A model generated the notes under the pieces. The model was given only the letters and a program-made list of their open reading frames with translations, searched no databases and had not been told where the DNA came from. From assembly GCA_032718475.1 (NCBI GenBank), contig JAUCBJ010003533.1, positions 1-35,414 on the forward strand: a DNA stretch of 35,414 nucleotides, read 5' to 3'. The DNA is from Nemertoderma westbladi (Eukaryota; Animalia; Xenacoelomorpha). Position numbers and translations under genes: made by a program. The stretch's first letter is position 1; every line of letters starts with the position of its first letter. Of this stretch, positions 26,501 to 35,414 are shown piece after piece.

Positions 26501-29500
26501 GCCACCCTGGAGGACTCCCATTACTAAGAATGGATCTGTGCCACCCTGAAGGACTCCCATATTACTAAGAATGGATCTATGCCACCCTGGAGGACTCCCA
26601 TATTACTAAGAATGGATCTGCGCCACCCTGGAGGACTCCCATTACTAAGAATGGATCTGTGCCACCCTAGAGGACTCACATATTACTAAGAATGGATCTG
26701 TGCCACCCTAGAGGACTCCCATATTACTAAGAATGGATCTGTGCCACCCTGGAGGACTCCCATATTATTAAGAATGGATCTGCGCCACCCTGGAGGACTC
26801 CCATTACTAAGAATGGATCTGTGCCACCCTAGAGGACTCACATATTACTAAGAATGGATCTGTGCCACCCTGGAGGATTCCCATATTACTAAGAATGGAT
26901 CTGTGCCACCCTAGAGGACTCCCATATTACTAAGAATGGATCTGTGCCACCCTAGAGGACTCCCATATTACTAAGAATGGATATGTGCAGCCACCAACAG
27001 TAAATTACCTATACTTTCCCGACGAAGCCGCCATATGTAACGGAGTTTTCTCTTCCTCATTCTTCTCATCGAGGTCGCCACCGAAGGATAGCAACGTCTT
27101 TATACAGTCGAGGTAACCCTTTTGAGCCGCTTTGTGCAAAGGCGTGTCCCCGTACTTATCTGGTTCATTAACCAGAGTAGAGTCGAATTGGAGGAGAAGC
27201 TACAGATAATAATAAATATATATAACGGGGGGTGGGGTGGGGATTAAGACATGTCAGGCACATTGATAACGTTCATGGGTGACAGATGTGGCCAATGAGT
27301 GTAATTAATTCATACTATAAATCAATTTAAACTATTCATTGCCATCGTCCTAATATTATCATCATAATTGTTATAAATTATTTAATAATTGATTACACCA
27401 CTTTGCAACTGACTGATTAATAAAGTTAATAATGCCGATTAGGTTTGAGACACTGCATTCCGGGAGTAAGATACCGATGGTGGGTCTGGGGACGTGGAAG
27501 AGCGAACCAGACGCCGTGGGGGAGGCCGTGACCGCAGCTATAGACGCAGGATACAGACTCATTGATTGCGCTTACTGTTACCGAAACGAGAAAGAGGTTG
27601 GCGAAGCCCTGAAAAGGGTCTTTAATGATCCGACAAAAGGGGTTTCTAGAAGCGATATATTCTTAACTTCTAAACTTTGGCGAACTCATCACCACCCAGA
27701 AGACGTGAGCACTTACTGCAGAGAAAGCGTCAGTAACCTCCAATGCGATTACTTGGATCTGTACCTCATGCACTGGCCGCTGGCGTTTAAACGTGGATCT
27801 TCTCTGCTACCGAAGGATCCAGAAGGATTTGTGGAAGTCGATGACACCGATTACATCACCACTTACAGGGCGATGGAAACATTAGTGGACGATGGTTTGT
27901 GTTTAAACATAGGAGTATCTAACTTCGGTTTGGAACAAATGGAACGGTTGGTAGAACATTCTAGAATTAAACCCAGCGTACTGCAGGTTGAATGCCATCC
28001 ATATCTCAACCAATCGAAGCTGCTATCTTACTGCCAATCACAGGGGATTGTGCTGGAGGCCTACTCCCCATTGGGCAGTCCAGCTAGGTCCTGGATGGCT
28101 TTATGCAAGGACCAACCAACACCACTACTTAGTCACCCAACGATACTGGAGATGTCCCATCGACTCCAACGCACCGTCGCACAGTTACTCATAAGATTCC
28201 AGATTCAACGAGGAGTGATTGTTATACCGAAGTCTGTCAACCCACAACGAATCTCCGAGAACTTTAACGTCTGGGATTTTCATTTAATTGACTCCGACAT
28301 GGAAACACTTACCAGACTGAACTGCAACCGTCGATTTATATTCCCCTTTGCCAAAGATGACGAGGGAAATCTGATGACCTGTCCGTCACAAGTTGGACAC
28401 AAATACTATCCATTCACGGACGACGGAACAGTTAACGTAACCTAATAAAATAGGCCTACTGTATCAGTACAAGGGAATGGAATATTCACGTATTATCGTT
28501 CAAAGTATAACATACACCTCCACTACCCAGTATAACACCCACATCCAGTACCCAGTATAACACCCGCTTCCAGCACCCAGTATAACACCCACGTCCAGTA
28601 CCCAGTATAACACCCACCTCCATCACCCAGTATAACACCCACCACTAGCACCCAGTATAACCTCCAGCACCCAGTATAACACCCACCTCCAGCACCCAGT
28701 ATAACACCCACCTCCAGCACCCAGTATAACACCCACTTCCAGCACCCAGTATAACACCCACCTCCAGCACCCAGTATAACACCCACCTCCAGCACAGCAC
28801 CCAGTGTAACACCCACCTCCAGCACCCAGTATAACACCCACCTATAGCACCCAGTATAACACGCACCTCCAGCACATAGTATAACACCCAATTCCAGCAC
28901 CCAGTATCACACCCACCTCCAGCACCCAGTATAACACCCACCTCCAGCACCCAGTATAACACCCACCTCCAACACCCAGTATAACACCCACCTCCAGCAC
29001 CCAGTATAACACCCACCTCCAGCACCCAGTATAACACCTACCTCCAGCACCCAGTATAACACCTACCTCCAGCACCCAGTATAACACCCACCTCCATCAC
29101 CCAGTATAACACCCACCTCCAGCACCCAGTATAACACCCACCTCCAGCACCCAGTATAACACCCACTTCCATCACCCAGTATAACACCCACCTCCAGCAC
29201 CCAGTATAACACCCACCCCCAGAACCCAGTATAACACCCACCTCCAGCACCCAGTATAACACCCACTTCCAGCACCCAGTATAACACCCACCTCTACCTC
29301 CAGCACCCAGTAAAACAGCCACCTCCAGTAACCAGTATAACACCCACCTCCAGCACCCAGTATAACACCCACTTCCAGCACCAAGTATAACACCTACCTC
29401 CAGCACCCAGTATAATACCCACCTCCAGCACACAGTATAACACCCACTTCCGGCACCCAGTATAACACCCAACTCCAGCACAGCACCCAGTGTAACACCC

Positions 29501-32500
29501 ACCTCCAGCACCCAGTATAACACCCACCTCCATTACCCAGTATAACACCCACCTCCAGCACCCAGTATAACACCTACCTCCAGCACCCAGTATAACACCC
29601 ACCTCCAGCACCCAGTATAACACCCACCTCCAGCACCCAGTATAACACCTACCTCCAGCACCCAGTATAACACACACCTCTAGCACCCAGTATAACACCC
29701 ACCACCAGTACCCAGTATAACACCTACCTCCAGCACCCAGTATAACACCCACCTCCAGCACCCAGTATAACACCCACCTCCAGCACCCAGTATAACACCT
29801 ACCTCCAGCACCCAGTATAACACCCACCTCCAGCACCCAGTATAACACCCACCTCCAGCACCCAGTATAACACCTACCTCCAGCACCCAGTATAACACCC
29901 ACCTCCAGCACCCAGTGTTACACCCACCTCCAGCACCCAGCACTCAGTGTTACACCCACCCCCAGCACCCAGAACCCAGTGTTACACCCACCTCCAGAAC
30001 CCAGTATAACACCCACTTCTAGCACCCAGTATTACACCCACCTCCAGCACCCAGTGTTACACCCACCTCCAGCACCCAGTATAACACCCACCTCCAGCAC
30101 CCAGTATAACACCCACCTCCAGCACCCAGTATAACACCCACTTCCAGCACCCAGTATAACACCCACCTCCAGCACCCAGTATAACACCCACTTCCAGTAC
30201 ACAGTATAACACCCACTTCCAGCACCCAGTATAACACCTACCTCCAGCACCCAGTATAACACCCACTTCCAGCACACAGTATAACACCCACCTCCAGCAC
30301 CCAGTATAACACCCACTTCCAGCACCCAGTATAACACCCACCTCCAGCACCCAGTATAACACCCGCTTCCAGTACCCAGTATAACACCCACTTCCAGCAC
30401 CCAGTATAACACCTACCCTCCAGCACCCAGTATAACACCCACTTCCAGCACCCAGTATAACACCCACTTCCAGCACCCAGTATAACACCCCCCTCCAGCA
30501 CCCAGTATAACACCCACTTCCAGCACCCAGTATAACACCCACTTCCAGCACCCAGTACCCAGTATAACAACCACCTCCAGCACCCAGTGTAACACCCACC
30601 TCCAGCACCCAGTATAACACCCACCTCCAGCACCCAGTACCCAGTATAACACCCACTTCCAGCACCCAGTACCCAGCACCCAGTATAACACCCACTTCCA
30701 GCACCCAGTATAACACCCACCTCCAGCACCCAGTACCCAGTATAACACCCACCTCCAGCACCCAGTATAACACCCACCTCCAGCACCCAGTACCCAGTGT
30801 AACACCCACCTATAGCACCCAGCACCCAGTATAACACCCACTTCCAGCACCCAGTATAACAACCACCTCCAGCACCCAGTGTAACACCCACCTCCAGCAC
30901 CCAGTATAACACCCACCTCCAGCACCCAGTACCCAGTATAACACCCACTTCCAGCACCCAGTACCCAGTATAACAACCACCTCCAGCACCCAGTATAACA
31001 CCCACCTCCAACACCCAGTACCCAGTATAACACCCACTTCCAGCACCCAGTACCCAGCACCCAGTATAACACCCACTTCCAGCACCCAGTATAACACCCA
31101 CCTCCAGCACCCAGTACCCAGTATAACACCCACTTCCAGCACCCAGTACCCAGTGTAACACCCACCTCCAGCACCCAGTATAACACCCACCTCCAGCACC
31201 CAGTACCCAGTATAACACCCACTTCCAGCACCCAGTACCCAGTGTAACACCCACCTCCAGCACCCAGTATAACAACCACCTCCAGCACCCAGTATAACAC
31301 CCACCTCCAACACCCAGTACCCAGTATAACACCCACTTCCAGCACCCAGTACCCAGCACCCAGTATAACACCCACTTCCAGCACCCAGTATAACACCCAC
31401 CTCCAGCACCCAGTATAACACCCACTTCCAGCACCCAGCACCCAGTATAACACCCACCTCCAGCACCCAGTACCCAGTATAACACCCACCTCCAGCACCC
31501 AGTACCCAGTGTAACACCCACCTCCAGCACCCAGTATAACACCCACTTCCAGCACCCAGTATAACACCCACTTCCAGCACCCAGCACCCAGTATAACACC
31601 CACCTCCAGCACCCAGTACCCAGTGTAACACCCACTTCCAGCACCCAGTATAACACCCACCTCCAGCACCCAGTATAACACCCACCTCCAACACCCAGCA
31701 CCCAGTATAACACCCACCTCCAGCACCCAGTATAACACCCACCTCCAACACCTAGTACCCAGTGTAACACCCACCTCCAGCACCCAGTATAACACCCACT
31801 TCCAGCACCCAGTATAACACCCACCTCCAGCACCCAGTATAACACCCACCTCCAACACCCAGTACCCAGTGTAACACCCACCTCCAGCACCCAGAACCCA
31901 GTATAACACCCACTCCCAGCACCCAGTATAACACCCACCTCCAGCACCCAGTATAACACCCACCTCCAACACCCAGTACCCAGTGTAACACCCACCCCCA
32001 GCACCCAGAACCCAGTATAACACCCACTTCCAGCACCCAGTATAACACCCACCTCCAGCACCCAGTATAACACCCACCTCCAGCACCCAGTACCCAGTGT
32101 AACACCCACCTCCAACACCCAGTACCCAGTATAACACCCACCTCCAGCACCCAGTGTAACACCCACCTCCAGCACTACACGTTGGTCCTCATCAGCCGCC
32201 CAGTAGATGGCGTTCTTATCATCGTAATCCACCGCCGATATGTCGGCTCCCAGTTTCAGTAACTCAGACACCGTGTCAGCGTGTCCGTTATACGCTGCAA
32301 CAATAAGCGGCGAACACCCGTCACTGTCGCGCTTCTCCATTTTAGCTTTTCTGTAACAAAGAAACACAATAATTGCAACCATAGCAGCAATGACAACAAC
32401 TGCACAATTAACCTAACTCAATATTAACTCAATATTAACTACATATAATTATTTTTAATAACTCGATTTAAATACAGTATAGCACTGTAGTTCACGCACG

Positions 32501-33005
32501 CAAGAGTGGGAATATTTCAACGAATGAGCGTAATCGAGTGAGTGAAATATGATACGGGAACCTAAAACTGAAATACAGGCACTTTATTTAAATGGAATAA
32601 TATGTCGTTTTATTTTCAAGTTTCTGAGTAATACTAATTAAATACCACATCACTTATTATACCGGAACCAGTACCGCACCTTACGGTACCGGTAACGACC
32701 TGTAGCTTGTACCAAATAACTCAATGCCCCAGATATTTTAAATCCCATTGTAAAATTAATAAATACACTGAGCTAACATATAACCAATGAAAGGAAAAAT
32801 AAAACGTACTTCTTTATAAGTAGCTGGACTATAGGCTTGTGATTGAAAGCAGCCGCCCGGTGCAAAGGGGTCTGTTTCTGGTCTGTGAGTGCGTCAATGC
32901 GTGCGTGATGATCTACCAACAAGGTTACTATCTCCTCGTTACCAGTTTGTGCCGCTAGATGGAGCGGCGTATAAAAGTTGTTTCGACTTACATTGACGTC
33001 AGCAC
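14124..33005 (-). CDS. TRPA1: TRPA1-like ankyrin-repeat cation channel, partial multi-exon CDS (7 exons visible; N-terminal exons and the transmembrane region lie outside the window)
   Basis: Manual splicing at GT-AG sites gives exons of 196, 184, 191, 103, 156, 137 and 391 nt with compatible phases and no stop. The product has consecutive ankyrin repeats (TPLHLAA, TPLHRAA, TPLHKAA, TPLHMAA, TALHVAA, TPLDCAA), then a linker (W..AL...TTPIRKLIKKMPEVA...FN.C...Y.ITFNYEFLED...NHPLSIM) that I recognise from invertebrate TRPA1 homologs. Family assignment is by recognition, not by a database search. Confidence 0.85.
14632..14745 (+). mobile_element. tRNA-derived SINE fragment or tRNA pseudogene in intron F-G
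   Basis: Pol III A box AGGCTCAGTTGG (14641-14652) with a GCTC/GAGC D-stem, and B box GGTTCGATCCC (14684-14694) in a GTAGG/CCTGC T-stem. The anticodon arm (TGC/GCA region) and acceptor stem pair poorly. A CAACTCAGC...GTACC tail follows, reminiscent of SINE body sequence. Confidence 0.6.
14826..14962 (-). CDS. TRPA1: TRPA1-like exon F (last ankyrin repeats)
   Basis: Acceptor tcattttag|, donor |gttagt, preceded by a 94-nt intron. Encodes TTPLHLAARYGHVDVVKLLIRWDAKVSQVDDNNRNCLDIAIENGK(R). Confidence 0.9.
15057..15212 (-). CDS. TRPA1: TRPA1-like exon E (ankyrin repeats)
   Basis: Acceptor acttttag|, donor AAG|gtagga. Encodes VCLELLDAGADINARNVSLWTPLDCAAAAGWEKTCDLLLENDSPVDPMDKSK. Confidence 0.9.
15605..22868. 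repeat. 53-bp minisatellite, about 137 copies; unit = last 33 nt of exon D + first 20 nt of the intron
   Basis: Minus-strand unit CTACATGTGGCGGCCATAGCCGGTCACAAAAAG|GTTTGTATCTGTATAACTCG. 50-bp deletion variants occur in the middle of the array. Confidence 0.97.
22836..22938 (-). CDS. TRPA1: TRPA1-like exon D (ankyrin repeat)
   Basis: Acceptor tatttttag|, donor AAG|gtttgt. Encodes AVKELIKHDKTIITDEDENSNTALHVAAIAGHKK. Phases match both neighbouring exons. Confidence 0.88.
22990..26988. repeat. 41-bp minisatellite, about 98 copies, filling almost all of intron C-D
   Basis: Plus-strand unit CTGTGCCACCCTGGAGGACTCCCATATTACTAAGAATGGAT, with 39-bp and SNP variants. Confidence 0.97.
27009..27199 (-). 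CDS. TRPA1: TRPA1-like exon C (ankyrin repeats)
   Basis: Acceptor tatctgtag|, donor AG|gtaatt. Encodes LLLQFDSTLVNEPDKYGDTPLHKAAQKGYLDCIKTLLSFGGDLDEKNEEEKTPLHMAASSGKY(R). Confidence 0.9.
27316..27377 (+). promoter_or_regulatory. Candidate TATA boxes upstream of the AKR gene
   Basis: TATAAA at 27316-27321 and 27372-27377, about 55-115 nt before the ATG. The region is AT-rich, so chance matches are plausible. Confidence 0.25.
27432..28445 (+). CDS. Aldo-keto reductase family 1 protein (aldehyde/aldose reductase-like, AKR1A/AKR1B type), 337 aa, intronless, nested antisense in an intron of the TRPA1-like gene
   Basis: Motifs GLGTW, IDCAYCY, TSKLW, DLYLMHWP, IGVSNF, QVECHPY, AYSPLGS and IPKS. 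The catalytic tetrad D45/Y50/K81/H114 is intact and the frame is uninterrupted from ATG to TAA. Confidence 0.95.
   Translation: MPIRFETLHSGSKIPMVGLGTWKSEPDAVGEAVTAAIDAGYRLIDCAYCYRNEKEVGEALKRVFNDPTKGVSRSDIFLTSKLWRTHHHPEDVSTYCRESVSNLQCDYLDLYLMHWPLAFKRGSSLLPKDPEGFVEVDDTDYITTYRAMETLVDDGLCLNIGVSNFGLEQMERLVEHSRIKPSVLQVECHPYLNQSKLLSYCQSQGIVLEAYSPLGSPARSWMALCKDQPTPLLSHPTILEMSHRLQRTVAQLLIRFQIQRGVIVIPKSVNPQRISENFNVWDFHLIDSDMETLTRLNCNRRFIFPFAKDDEGNLMTCPSQVGHKYYPFTDDGTVNVT
28444..28449 (+). promoter_or_regulatory. Candidate polyadenylation signal AATAAA of the AKR gene, overlapping the stop codon
   Basis: ACC TAA TAAAA at 28440-28450. Only about 60-75 nt of unique sequence follow before the 25-bp array. 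Confidence 0.45.
28505..32175. repeat. 25-bp minisatellite (with 32- and 39-bp variants), well over 100 copies; unit = last 9 nt of exon B + first 16 nt of the intron
   Basis: Minus-strand unit GTGCTGGAG|GTGGGTGTTATACTGG. Longer variants carry extra 7-bp CCCAGTA/CCCAGCA subunits. The left edge is degenerate. Confidence 0.96.
32167..32350 (-). CDS. TRPA1: TRPA1-like exon B (ankyrin repeats)
   Basis: Acceptor tttgttacag|, donor GAG|gtgggt. Encodes KAKMEKRDSDGCSPLIVAAYNGHADTVSELLKLGADISAVDYDDKNAIYWAADEDQRVVLE and joins exon C in phase 0. Confidence 0.88.
32512..32550. repeat. Short inverted repeat, possible remnant of a non-autonomous DNA transposon
   Basis: ATATTTCA (32512-32519) and TGAAATAT (32543-32550) flank ACGAATGAGCGTAATCGAGTGAG, a hairpin style I associate with marine-invertebrate non-autonomous elements. 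No element boundaries were identified. Confidence 0.3.
32810..33005 (-). CDS. TRPA1: TRPA1-like exon A (ankyrin repeats)
   Basis: Acceptor ttttctag|, donor |gtacgt. Encodes (G)ADVNVSRNNFYTPLHLAAQTGNEEIVTLLVDHHARIDALTDQKQTPLHRAAAFNHKPIVQLLIK(K). Not in the ORF track. Confidence 0.9.
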
Positions 33006-33399
33006 CTAGAAAGTATTGGAAATCAAGTTAGGCCAATTTAAGTGAATATGTAAATCGACTTAAAAATTACTATAAAAATTAGGTACTTTTTACGGTTCAA
33101 TAGTTCAGCATGAAAAAATTACAATGTAAATGGGGTTGAACTGATGAAAATAATATAACAGGACTTTTTGTCAAAGTTAACAATATATCCATGCACTTCT
33201 AAACAAACATGCACAATAGAAAATAACTTGTTACAAGTTAACCAATTAAGATATCGTTGGGAAGGTTGTAATGCGATATAATCGGCGTGTTGGGAAAACA
33301 ATTGCTGTTAGTTGTAACTTGGTAACTGGTGCGACCTTAAAGAAATCTTAAATAGTAGTTACCGAGGTTAGTTGATATATCAGTTAGGGAATATCTGAG

Positions 33400-34490
33400 T
33401 CGCCAATACTAGACCAATCAATACAAGACCATCAACCACCCCAACCTCTCCCCTCTGATATCGTCTATACTAGACCATCAACCACCCCAACCTCTCCCAT
33501 CTGATATCGTCAATACTAGACCATCAACCACCCCAACCTCTCCATCTGATATCGTCAATACTAGACCATCAACCACCCCAACCTCTCCCATCTGATATCG
33601 TCAATACTAGACCATCAACCACCCCAACCTCTCCCATCTGATATCGTCAATACTAGACCATCAACCACCCCAACCTCTCCCATCTGATATCGTCAATACT
33701 AGACCATCAACCACCCCAACCTCTCCCATCTGATATCGTCAATACTAGACCATGAACCACCCCAACCTCTCCCATCTGATATCGTCAATACTAGACCATC
33801 AACCACCCCAACCTCTCCCATCTGATATCGTCAATACTAGACCATCAACCACCCCAACCTCTCCATCTGATATCGTCAATACTAGACCATCCTCTCCATC
33901 TGATATCGTCAATACTAGACCATCAACCACCCCAACCTCTCCCATCTGATATCGTCTATACTAGACCATCAACCACCCCAACCTCTCCCATCTGATATCG
34001 TCAATACTAGACCATCAACCACCCCAACCTCTCCATCTGATATCGTCAATCCTAGACCATCAACCACCCCAACCTCTCCCATCTGATATCGTCAATACTA
34101 GACCATCAACCACCCCAACCTCTCCCATCTGATATCGTCAATACTAGATCATCAACCACCCCAACCTCTCCATCTGATATCGTCAATACTAGATCATCAA
34201 CCACCCCAACCTCTCCCATCTGATATCGTCAATACTAGACCATCAACCACCCCAACCTCTCCATCTGATATCGTCAATACTAGACCATCAACCACCCCAA
34301 CCTCTCCCATCTGATATCGTCAATACTAGACCATCAACCACCCCAACCTCTCCCATCTGATATCGTCAATACTAGACCATCAACCACGCTAACCTCTCCC
34401 TTCTGATATCGTCAATACTAGACCTCAATCACCCTTAACTACTAGACTTCAATCACCCTAATTACTAGACCATCAACCACCACAACCTCC
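33400..34490. repeat. 46-bp minisatellite, about 22 copies, degenerate at both edges
   Basis: Plus-strand unit CAATACTAGACCATCAACCACCCCAACCTCTCCCATCTGATATCGT, with 45-bp variants. Confidence 0.95.
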
Positions 34491-34831
34491 CTTCCTCCTC
34501 ACCAGGCCATCTTACCAAACCATTCCCATCCCTATAATAGTACACACGTCACAGTTCCATTGGAAGCAAATAAAAAACATCAAATTTGCAACAGTAATTA
34601 ACATTGTGGAGTGACAAACTATGAAAGGCAATCATGCTGAATGCGTTTATAATGATACAGCAACAGCAACATGTACGTCGCATTCCATCAGGTAGTTTCA
34701 ATGAGTTGAGATAAGTATCCTGAACTGGTTCCAATGACTCCAATGCTCTTCGAATGCAACTTTGATTTAATATATGTGAATTTATGGAGGCTTCACACGA
34801 ACAACTTCTGGTGATCATGTGAGACTTCATT

Positions 34832-35414
34832 GCAATTGGAAACAAGTTCGCAACATGTTGAAACAAAGTTCCAAAGGGTTGCACCCTTTGGAACCACGTT
34901 CGCAACATGTTGGAACAAAGTCTGCAACCAAATGGAACCAAGTTCGCAACATGTTGGGACAAAGTCTGCAACCAATTGGAACCAAGTTCGCAACATGTTG
35001 GAACAAAGTCTGCAACAAATTGGAACCAAGTTCGCAACATGTTGGAACAAAGTCTGCAACCAATTGGAACCAAGTTCGCAACATGTTGGAACAAAGTCTG
35101 CAACCAATTGGAACCAAGTTCGCAACATGTTGGAACGAAGTCTGCAACCAATTGGAACCAAGTTCGCAACATGTTGGAACAAAGTCTGCAACCAATTGGA
35201 ACCAAGTTCGCAACATGTTGGAACGAAGTCTGCAACCAATTGGAACCAAGTTCGCAACATGTTGGAACAAAGTCTGCAACCAATTGGAACCAAGTTCGCA
35301 ACATGTTGGAACAAAGTCTGCAACCAATTGGAACTAAGTTCGCAACATGTTGGAACGAAGTCTGCAACCAATTGGAACCAAGTTCGCAACATGTTGGAAC
35401 AAAGTCTGCAACCA
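34832..35414. repeat. 44-bp minisatellite (dimer of two related 22-mers), at least 13 copies, truncated by the window end
   Basis: Unit GCAACCAATTGGAACCAAGTTC + GCAACATGTTGGAACAAAGTCT. Confidence 0.95.

Noticed and set aside
1-26988. CRISPR array interpretation of the regular repeats
   Set aside because: Units are head-to-tail with no unique spacers, there are no cas genes, and the context is a spliceosomal eukaryotic gene.
28523-32162. Gly/Cys/Trp-rich ORFs resembling structural proteins
   Set aside because: They are translations of a 25-bp repeat cycling through all three frames. Only 32167-32350 of ORF 30238..32382 is a credible exon.
32413-32440. 11-bp tandem duplication AACTCAATATT x2
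   Set aside because: A trivial slippage duplication in an AT-rich intron.
34549-35392. ORFs of 166-272 aa at the right end
   Set aside because: They derive mostly from the 44-bp repeat, and the unique part shows no recognisable domain.

Overview
Eukaryotic (animal-like) genomic DNA, roughly 85% tandem repeat. Seven GT-AG exons on the minus strand (33005-32810, 32350-32167, 27199-27009, 22938-22836, 15212-15057, 14962-14826, 14514-14124) splice in frame into about 450 aa of ankyrin repeats plus the post-ankyrin linker of a TRPA1-like ion channel. The gene runs off both ends of the window. Six unrelated minisatellite arrays (units of 42, 53, 41, 25, 46 and 44 bp) inflate its introns. In three introns the repeat unit is a copy of the exon 3' end plus the 5' splice site, which gives each intron from over 100 to about 336 donor copies. 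A fourth array starts about 20 nt after its donor. An intact, intronless aldo-keto reductase gene is nested antisense in one intron, and a tRNA-derived SINE-like sequence sits in another. The giant ORFs in the ORF track are by-products of the repeats.
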